DNA of 64,000 bases from Priapulus caudatus (lineage: Eukaryota): positions 37,021 to 101,020 of the forward strand of contig NW_014577075.1 in the NCBI RefSeq assembly GCF_000485595.1, in the 5' to 3' direction. The position numbers were made by a program, and so were the translations under genes. This document shows positions 27,801 to 39,000 of this stretch, one piece after another. A model generated the notes under the pieces. The model had not been told where the DNA came from. It saw only the letters and a program-made list of their open reading frames with translations, and searched no databases. The number at the start of each line of letters is the position of its first letter. Position 1 is the first letter of the stretch.

Positions 27801-30800
27801 GGCAATGTGATGGAAAGAAGCCTATCTAAACAATAATGGACATTAAGAGTGCTATGGCATGCATTCAAGATCGACAGAAATGATCAACTCATTAGCTTTC
27901 ATTGGCTGCAAAATTTAAAAAAAAATCCAAATTAATTCTGGTCTTCCGAATTCATTTCTATAACTAGCGTAATGCAAGGTCATTTTTAAAATGAATTTGC
28001 ATTTCCCATTCACGCTAAAGTCTCCCTGCTCCCCATGCATGCAGGCTCGCCCCACCTCTCACGCATGCGCTCACCCCCATCCCATACATGTGCGTCACCC
28101 TCCCCTACACACGCCGGACTCCGACTTCTTCTTCCCCCCCCCCCCCCGTGTGTACATACGTTTCCCTCGGGGTCGGTGAGAGGTCGCGGCTCAGGCTGTG
28201 CGTAGACGTCGTCGCTGTAGCGTAGATGGAAGCTGCGCACGTACGCACGCGTGCCATCCAGTCTGTCAACCGGCTGCAGCTGTATGCGCCGCACCAGCGT
28301 CGGAGCTCCCAGGTCCACCTGAAACCCAGGCGAGACACCTTCACACTAACGACTCAAACGCACGACCCCTCCGTGGTGGTCTCAGTCCAGCCGCTTATGT
28401 GAAGTACAGAGATGGAACGATAGTATCGAGAGCACATGAACTAGGCGTAACACTAACATCAGTAATCATGCTCATGACTGCGTATTTCAGAAAGAGTTAT
28501 CGGCTTCAGCTTTATCGGCTTTATTTCGTTTCTATGACGAACGCAAACAGATGTAATTGACAGCATCGAAGTCAATTATACATCACGTAATAAATGATTA
28601 GATTTATTTACGAATTTATTATGAATGAAAACTTTGCGGGAAGTAAGTAGTGCTGTTGATTCTTACCATAACCCAATTAGGAACACCTGGGTGTAGAATG
28701 CTGCACCAACCAGCGAGATCACTGTTCAACCTCACAGCCTGCAATGTGTAAGGAAAATGCAAACGTGAGGAAGTACGAGGTGTGTCACAGAAAGGACGCA
28801 CATTTCACTTATAGGTCATAACCTCAATGTTATTATCATGAAGATGTGCTAATATGCATTGTTGTACTATGTTCAGCTCGTACAACTTGTCGGCATCAAA
28901 AACCATGTTAGCTGCAGTATAATTTGGCAGAAATGAACATTATTGGGCTTAACTAATCTAAGAATCATACCCCATAGCCATCCCACAGACACTGCTCAGT
29001 AAATCCAACGTAACCTCAGCATCACTCTATATAGTAGCCACACTGTAACTACCAGGGTAACCATGGTAACCCGACACAGTGAACTACATAGTCAACTCAC
29101 CTGCTTCGGATAGAATGGCTCCTCTCCCGACACGCTTATGCGTTCGTCTGCCAGTGTCGTGTTGCTGCCGATGCCCAGTGGCACGGGCCCGCGCTCACAC
29201 TGCCCACGGTGTGTGAAGCCATCGCGACACGTGCAGTAGTACGACCCCTCGGTGTTCATGCAGACTGTCTCCGATGGAACACACTCCGTGCTGCCATCCA
29301 CACATTCGTTCACGTCTGTAACGAAACGCCGACGAAGAAACTTAACAACTGACCAGCACGTATTAGGGCTTAAGTATTAAGTATTTAAAACTGAGTATTG
29401 AGAGATCGTTATCAACAGATGTAGTTCATTTAGTCAATATTAAAAAAGATTATTTAGTCAGAGTATTGAGGAAGCACTTGAACACAGAGCATTAAAGAAG
29501 GATACGAAAATATTTATGAGTATTGGGAGAGATTGTTATCACAAAGTGTTAATATTAGGATTAAGACATTGGGTGCACATCGGTTTAATGAGGATTAGGA
29601 CAACAGAACTCACATGGGGTCAATCAGGATTGAAACACTAACATTGCACGGGGTCAAACTAATAAGAAACAGAACAGTGATTATCTAATTATCAAACAAG
29701 CATCAGCTCTCGTTACCACGCATCTCAGTGTAAGTAAACAGAACAGTTTTCGCGTAATCTTTGCACACAGTCACACACCTATGCAGGTTGGCTGTTCAGA
29801 CAGGCTCTGGTCAGACATGCAGCTGATCGACTGGTTCCCAATCAGCTGGTAACCAGGGTAACAGAACACACGCACGCTGTCACCGTAGACCAGCTGTCCA
29901 TATGAGGCAAGGAAGCCATTCTTGATCTCACGGGGTGAGCCGCATATCTTTCCTAAAACCAAGGCACAATAAATTAGAAAGCAAACACGTGAAATAATTT
30001 ACGGAGAATTTTTGTGGTACTTACAAATATACAGGCTTATAATCTTTTATCCGAAACCTCAGATGGGTCAGAATTTTTCAGATTTCAGAACGGTAGTGCG
30101 ATACAGTACTGCATATTACAGTAGCAGGCAGTAATCTGATGCAGCGTCAGAGATGTCAACACATATTTGAAGCAATCTGTAGTTTCTGGCCATCAAATTA
30201 GTAGTTCGAGGGTCACGTAGTGACCCGAGTTTGCTAGGGGGGTCCGGCATGCCCCCCGGAAAATTTTTTGATTCTGAGATGCAATTTCCTGCATTCTGAG
30301 GGTCAAAAATGACAATAAATCGACAAAAAAATGACAATTTTTTTTTTCGACCACAGTGAAATTCGTAGTTTGATACAAAATGGTCGTAGTGGTGTAAAAG
30401 GAATAGAAATTCGTATAAAATATGGATAAATCGTAGTGGTTGGCATCTCTGCAGCGCCCAATGAGTAAACGGAGCATGAGCATTATGCAGCAAACCTCAT
30501 TAATCTTCACAGTGAGTAGGATAAATAAAGACTATAAATTAAAATATTATTAGTTTATTTTCCATGCTGTGCACATAAATGACATTTCATAAAAAAGTCT
30601 TTCGGTTTTCAGAGCTTTTCGTATTTCGGAATTACAGATAAGGGATTGTGGGTATGCGCTATAAATATAAACCATAATTAACAACAAGTTATATCAACAC
30701 ATTTCTATTTGGCTGACTATGACGATCCCCACGGCTGAGTCTGCATAACTGAGCAGCAACCTACAGCAGTCTTCATGAAATTGCAAGCTCGCCACACCTT

Positions 30801-31336
30801 CACATTACCACGTACACGCCAACATATATAGTAACAGATTAGCTCAACACACGCGACAAAAACATTAGGGGCCCGTCGTCAGAAACATCATCAATAATTA
30901 CGACATGAGTCTAAAATTGCAAAACTTGAATGGCTTGCAAGTGAAGTGCTGTCAAAAATATTCATAATTTATGTTACTGACAATGGTCCCACTGCCATTG
31001 ATTACAGTTGAACTAGTTCTTTCAATTTGCTGTACTACATAGTAACTGAAGCCTATAGTAACTAGAGCTACACGATAACTTACGTGCGCACACTGGAGGT
31101 TCACCAGTCCATTGTCCGTTGTCCTGACACATGAGGGAAGACCGGCCGATGATGAAATGTCCTAGCGGACAGTCGTAGACAACTACTGAGCCATAGTCAG
31201 TGCCGTTACCACTGGCTAGCCGTGAAGTACCCTCGGTGAATATAGCGAGTGGGTGACAACCACGACCTGTGTGAGAAAAACACGAGGGTTAGCTGAGATC
31301 AAATGCTGCTACTGCTACTACTGCTGCTGCTGCTGG

Positions 31337-31370
<34 letters not shown>

Positions 31371-33004
31371 ACTACTGCTACTGCTGCTGTTGTTGTTGCT
31401 GCTGCTACTCCTGCTCCTACTGCTGCTGCAGCTGCTGCTACTACTGCTGTTGCTTGTAGTGCTGCTGCTTCTGCTACTATGGTGCTACTATTGTTGTTGC
31501 TGCTGCTGATGACGATGACGACGGCGATGCTACAGTTGCCTATACTCTCGCAGAGCTGCAGTCAACATTCATGACCTCAGCGCGTTATTAAGAAGAAGCA
31601 GAATGAGAAAAAACCTACCTATGCAGCGAGGTGGGGCTTCCCACGTTCCGTCCTCCTGGCAGTGTGTCTGCACGTAGCGCTCGCCGGAGTCGAGATAGAA
31701 GCCCTGGTAGCACTGGTAGAGTGCCGTCGCACCGTACGTCACCTTGTCAGCGACCGCAACATAGCCATTGTGTATCTGTTGCACCGGTCCGCAGTACACC
31801 GCTGCAAGCACGGACCAGACGGTCCGAACGAAAGTTAAACCCGCGTTAGCAAACATCTCTACGGAATGAACGCCTGCCTTAAAAAATCACGCTGCATATT
31901 TGCTTTCAGTGGCAGTGAACACACCTCTACAGAGCAAACTCGTGCATAAAAATAACACTTCTGGTGTTTCACTTGAGTAGCAGTTATAAAATGAAGCCAT
32001 CTCTAGATACATGAGCAGACATCTGTCTATAAAGAATACTTTTGGTGTTTCCCTTGAATGACCCTTATGTAGGGATCTGAGTGTATATGAAGCAGTTCCT
32101 CCTGCTTCCCATGATCAGGGAAATGTGGAGTTTGACATGAAACTCCAGTGGACGTGTATCACATTTATAAAGCACGTGTTTGCAAGGATGTCCACGTAAC
32201 ATCTCTCGCAATAACAAACGGATGAGTGTCTCGGACATGGAGTACCTGTGTGTGTGTGGTGGTGTGTGTGTGTGTGTGCTGTGTGTGTGTGTGTGTAGAG
32301 TGTGGTGTGTGTGTGTGTGTGTGTGTGCGGTGGTGTGGTGTTGTGTGTGTGTGTGTGTTGTTCGGGCACCTGGACGGCTGCGCACTGCGGGCGTCTTGGG
32401 TCTGCTTCAGTGGCCGCCATCCTGGCATCCATTTCTCACCTTCTGTCTCTCCGTCAAGAAGAAGATTCAGGCTTAAGAGGCTGAGCGGAAGACAGACTGT
32501 GTAGTGTGCTACGCGCGAGATGCTCCCTGGATCAGCATAGTTCGGACCTATCGCAGGCGCGTACACAATCATGACAGAGAAACACGTAATATAATATTGT
32601 TGTAATCATGATTATATATAATATGATATACGAGGTTGCAAAGATTACGGTGGAAAAGAGTCCGGAAGTCAAATATCCTGATTTACCTGTCGGACTGCCC
32701 TGATGTGACCATATGCAGGAGTCCGTGTGATCTCCTGACATATTCTGCCATACTAACTAGTTCGTTCCGCAAGCACGCCTCGCAGAATTTACCGTATTTT
32801 GTCAGCTTAATGTCCAAAGAAAATTTGGCAGACGTGAACTGCATGAATCTTAAAAATTAAGCCACATGCGGTTATTGTTTAAATATCTTTAAAATTTTGA
32901 CCTCAGACTGCAGGACTCCTCTTTTGCTGCGCGACTCGCTCTTTTTTAGGGGTAGGGAGTCCGTGTGCGACTTCCTTGCTTCAAAAGTTAATTTCGTACC
33001 CCTG

Positions 33005-33044
<40 letters not shown>

Positions 33045-36000
33045 TGTAATATAATGCTAAAACACTAATATATAATGCAATAATATATAAATATATAAAA
33101 TAATAAAATGTATAATATAATACAATATGGCATAATGCAATATGATATAATATAGTACATAATATATAATACAATATGATATAACGTAAATTGAACAATT
33201 GACTCACATGGCCCCAGCCACATATCCAGTGAGTTGATCATAACATTGAATTAAATTTCATTTAGTATCTAATCTTGGAAATCTTTTAATTGTGTAATGA
33301 AACATACATGTCCGTGTATGGCATTAAAAAATGTTAATATATACGTTTCCTCACCGACAGAGAAGTTGGCATTGTAGCCTATCTGGGAGCGTACAGCATT
33401 GCTGTGGAAGTGCAGGTACATGGCACCTCCACTACTTCGGATGGGAGCTGGTACGTTTGCTCCACTATAACCACTGGTATCCTCAGGAAACAGTGGCTGC
33501 CCCGACTTGTCTAGAGAGTCATATATCTGCAATGCACAATAAAATGGTTTCCTAGCAACACTCTATATGCTCCTTGGGTGTCCACAAATATTTGTAAAGA
33601 ACAGAAAATGAAGCAGAAGGACAGTAAAAACAAACATATGCCATTGTAGAGCAATAAATGGAAGGGATAATTACATGACAGGCATACCAAAAATCAAACA
33701 AAACCCTAACTGTAACCTCTAATTTCTAACGCTATCCCAACCTCTACCCCTAACGGTGCACACACACTCACCTGCAAGTAGTCGCCCTGTTGCAAGTTGA
33801 AATTCTCGAAGAACAAACTAATCGGTCGTCCATCTGGGCTCTGCACTGTCCAGTAGCAGTCCACGCCTGTCGGATAGCTCTTCACTCCATACACGGGGGA
33901 GAACAGGTTTCCAGATGACGCTACTATAGTGTTGTCGCAACCTGAAGCAATCACACCCCTCACATTAATATCATCCCAAGACACATGCAGGATTACGCAT
34001 AACTGTCCTGGGTTATTCAACATCCCCCTATGGAGTTACAACCTCATCACAGAATTAACAATCTATGCTTTAATCAATGATTTTATCTATGATCAAACCC
34101 AAATCGTCACATGATCTCTTTGGTGGCATCAAGAGAGTTATTAACTATGTTTATTCATTGTCTTGTTCCACGTAGTTTAGTCGTATTCTAATTCCTACAC
34201 TTTCATAGCAATCTGCTTCAGCAATTCGCTTGCTTCATGCTACATAGAACAAGGAGGAGGAGGGGGAGTAGGAGGAGGAGGAGAAGGAAAAAGAAGAAAA
34301 TTAAGAGGGAAAGGTCAGCTGCAAGGGAAATAACAGAGGAAAAGTGACAAGCACAGTGCGGGGTGAGCTGTGGTACGGGGGTAGGAGTCACCATGGGTGT
34401 AGCATCTGGTAACATCGTGCACGACAGGACAGTTACCGGTCTTGTAGGAGAGCCGGAAGCCTCGGTCGTTGCCCATGCCATCCGTGGAGAAGAAGAGATA
34501 CAGCTGGTTCCCGCTCGAGATGACAAACTTCTGACTGCCTGTCATGTGACCACGAAGCTCCGCGAGCGACACTCCATAGGCGTCGCCACCGTCGCGTATG
34601 CGCAGATAGTCGTTAGGAGCGAGAGCCAGTTCTTGCAGCTAGTGGTTCAAAGTTTACACAAGAATATTTTAGCATTCTATTTGGTTCTGCTCTATTTACT
34701 AATCTATCTGGAAAGATTGAGAATCAAATCTATCCAATCACTGATGCAATAAGAATTATCTAAAAGATAATCACTGGTATTGAACTGCCGAAAAAAGCAA
34801 CTATTTTGCGTGCACACGTGAAGAAACGTAAAAACTTGTATAGCCTAGCTAACCGACCTAGCAGCATTATCCAAGGGAGGATACGGTTATCTCGCTCAAA
34901 CAAATAGGCCAAGTGCGTGGAACAATATACAACGTGGTTGAAATATTCGAGGGCAACCAAGACAGCAACAATGTTCATGTTTCTCAGCAGGGGTCTGTGA
35001 GTTCCTTCCATGATGTGGATGACTATTAGGTGGGCTGGTAGGATTGTCTTACCTCTACTGTGATGAGCTGTCCCACGGGAGCAGTAACCGTGTAGACACA
35101 CTCTAATCCATGGGGGTAGTTGTTTGGGTAATTGGAAGATTCCAGAATTTGTGGCGCACTGGTCGCTTCCAGTGCCCTTTCACAGTGGAATGTCCCTATA
35201 ATAAACCGCGAACAATTATTTAGCGCTGGTTTTTATTCTTTTCTTAATGGCTGAACATATATTTAGATTTTTTAGGTTAATTTTAACAAGGGGTGTCATT
35301 TTGATTATACAGATTATTATCAAGTACGAATAATAATTCATATTGAGCATTGTTAAATACATAACCACTCATGTTACCCTATATTTCATCATAATTATCT
35401 CAACAAATATGATTACACTCACAAACACAAGGAACTGAACAAGCAGCAGATTGTACATTTTCAAAAAAACAAAGACCAATAATATTACTTGGCTCTAAGC
35501 AACTACTATGTTAATTGAACTCTTGAATGAATTATTGAGCACAACAGCTGAAAGCAACCCAGAACAACATTAAAATGATAAGCTCAACATTGCCCCATCA
35601 TAATTATCCTGCACAATAAGATTATAGATTACACGGTCACACATTATAACCTTCTATTGTACGATTGCAATTAACATCAATTAACGCTAATTAACCTGCT
35701 GTCCACGAGGCTGAGAAACCGGATCTCTGCACTGCCGCATCGCTACGGAACTTGACGATCATGAAGTTGTTGGGACTGAGGAAGGTCATCTCGCTGGCCC
35801 TCTGCATGCCGGACACCCGGCCGATCTCAAAGCTCTGCGACTCAGTGGGTCCCCCCGCCAGAATCGTGACCAGATCAAAGTTCTCCTCGGTGTCAAAGTT
35901 AGCAAACTATGTGCATGAGAGACAAAATTGCAGTTGTTTAGTATTCGAGACCTAAACTGGGGGAAATTTAAGAAACCCCATAGAGTAAAAACTGCACGTG

Positions 36001-39000
36001 CAACAGACAAATCACAATTGTTTAGTATTTTTGATACTAAAACTTGGGAAAAATCTTAAGAAAAAAATCTAGAATAAACAATGTAAAAGTACAAAATGTA
36101 ACTGCACATGTGAGAGCATTAGTTGAGTATTCAAGACTAATGCTGGGGGAAACTCTGAGAGGAAATCTAAACACTAAATGAAACCGCATGTACATGAGAG
36201 AAACAAATTGCAAGTCGTGTTCAATGTTCATAAGCAAAACTAGGACAAATTGTATGCAAACCAGTAAGTATGGCCTAATAAATAGGTAGCACAGATTCAT
36301 AATAGCCATCCAGTGTAGCCTCTGTAAGTATACACCACTAGAGTAACAAGGTACATGTACTAAGTAAGATTACAGATAGAGTTAGTGTGGTGGTGCATGG
36401 GTATAGGTATATGTGGGTGGATATAAAAATTTATTAACTAAACCTAAAAACAAAGTGTAACTTGTCACAACATTTTAAGATAAGATATATACAGAGTCAT
36501 ATCTAGTTTTAAATAACAATAAGATCATTACCCGTATACGATTTTCTGTTGGTGCAAATAAGCAAGTGATTTGTCTGGATATGCAAACAACAAATTATGA
36601 GGTAACATAGTGCAACACATTAGAATCAGTGCCCCCAACCTGAAGTCTGATCTTGGTGCCAATAGGTCCTTCAATGGTCCACTGACAGTTGCTGAGAGAA
36701 GGGTAGACAGCAGGGAAGGAAGGGGACTGAATGTCTCCTGATGTTCCAAGCATGTAGTCATTGCAGGGACCTGAAACATGCAGAAGCACAGTAAATAAGA
36801 GAAAGCTGAGCAGATTATATATACAGACGTACCGGGTTTCCTTTTACGTAGGTACCCTCGTGCACTTCCCCTCACCTCTTGCGTCTCATTCTCTGTCTTT
36901 TTCTTCCCCTCCCCTCTTTTCTCTCCCTTCTTTGCTCCTCTCCCTCTCTATCTCACACAACCACGCACGTCCACACATATCTGCACATATCTCTTGTTCA
37001 CTTCCAGCCGCTCACACACACCACAGGCACTTAATTGGAACGTCTCAATAAAAAATAAAAAAGTAAATAAACACGAAATGTATTTACTACCAAAGTCTTA
37101 ATGTTTCTCTACTATCTTTCACCTATAATCACCTGTAAATACCGGTCAAATGCTCATCTGCAACACACTAGGGCCTCTATATATTTATGTGTCAGTGTGC
37201 AGCAGCTAGCGTGCGCGGCGGCCAGTGTATGACAGTGTGTTGCAGATGAGCATTTGGACGGCATTTACAGGAAATTGTCGGCAATAATAGGTGAAAAAGA
37301 GTAGAGAACTTTGGTAGTAAATAGATTTCGTATTTATTTAGCATTATATTTTATTGAAACGCTCTAAGTGCCTGTGACACACACACGCACACCTATACAT
37401 CCGTGCACGCTTAGATTTGATAGCATAACCCAATAATTAAAGAAGGATTCTCCCCTCCTACCTGCACACTTGTTTTCATCTGAGCCATCACCACAATCGT
37501 CATTGCCATCACAAGTCCATTCGCTGTTGATACATTTTCCATTGGTACATCGATACTGGTGGTAAGACGAACCTATGTGGTGTAAAACAATGCTTGTACC
37601 GGTAGAGTGGTGGTAGTTTACCACAGAGTTAAAAACAAAATATAGATATGCACATCATGCACCTACTCAGCACTCAACAAAAACTTTGTGAGGTCACTGT
37701 TTTATGGTGGTTTGACATACACAACACGGGCACACATAGTGACATACGATGATACGTGTGTAAAACTGTGAGGGAGCCCAGGGGCGTGTACAGGATTTGT
37801 ACCAGGGGGTGGTCTAACCGTAACCCAAACTTGCAAGCACGCACGCAAAGGTGGGGTCTGGGGGGGCCTCCCAAAAAAATTATGAAATTAGACCTCCTTA
37901 GATGCGTTTTCTGCGCGAGCAGGGGGGGGGGCGGTCGGCCCCTGGACCGCCCCCCCCCCCCTGTACACGCCCTTGGAGCCCAGGTAATTGGGCCGTTAAA
38001 AATGATAGTGAATAACCACATTGCACGTACAACTGTGCATATACTCACAAAAGATATAGCTATCTCGATCGTGCCCGTTAATTATCCCTCGTCCCGAAAA
38101 TAACCGATCCTTCCAATTAAAACGTAAGCCTAAGTCATCCATCAAGAACAAAGTCCAATATTTACATATACACTGTACTAAGTACGGATAAACTAAATCC
38201 ACATTGTTATACCTTTGACGATGCAGGCTGAGAGTTCACAAACGAACGGGAGCAGAAGTTCGCACGTGCCAAGCTCCCAGGAAAACTTGCTATCGAGCCC
38301 AGCAATCACACACTCTCCCCTTGTCCTGTCTGGCTCCTGGTAAGTCCAGAATCCCTCATACTTCGTAAGGTTTGACCCGTCCGTCCACAGATAAACGTTT
38401 TCATCCGATGAACCTCGTGACGTCAGACCTGACGTAGATAGCGATGATATCACGCGAGACCGCGAACGAACAATGTCGGTTCCTGCAGTTGTCATTCATG
38501 ATTAACTAATAACTATACCTGACATGATTGCGCGTACGATTCTAGATGCTCAATAGCACCATGGTGAAACATGACCATTGTAAAATCACCCGGGCTCGAT
38601 AAAATGCGGTGGAGGGAATCGAATTTTATATCGAAAGCTGCCACTATATCGCCATTATCGGTATTCGGCGTTCGTAACAGCCGCTGTACATACCTATCCA
38701 GTATGCTTTGGCGTCACCTGGTGCCAGTGTCGTCCTTATAAACTCGTTTTCTTCGTAGCGATTTACTTTCACTAAACTAGCGCCGTAGCTACGGGTGAAC
38801 GCAAACAATTAAAACTCAGAAACCATTGTAATCGCGTCAAGAACAGTGATCTTGTGCAGTGAGGGATCACCATGAAATCGCGTAAACCACTCACTGTAAA
38901 GTTAAACGCAAGCGATTCTTTCGCGCGTTTCTCGCTTTGAAACAGCTAAAAGCAAAAAGCTACAAGTGTAAACATGGAGATCAAACGAATTTAAATCGTC

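Noticed and set aside
31253..31509. Poly-Cys/poly-Leu ORFs (poly-Gln on the gene strand)
   Set aside because: Intronic CTG tract; exons 14 and 15 join in phase without it.
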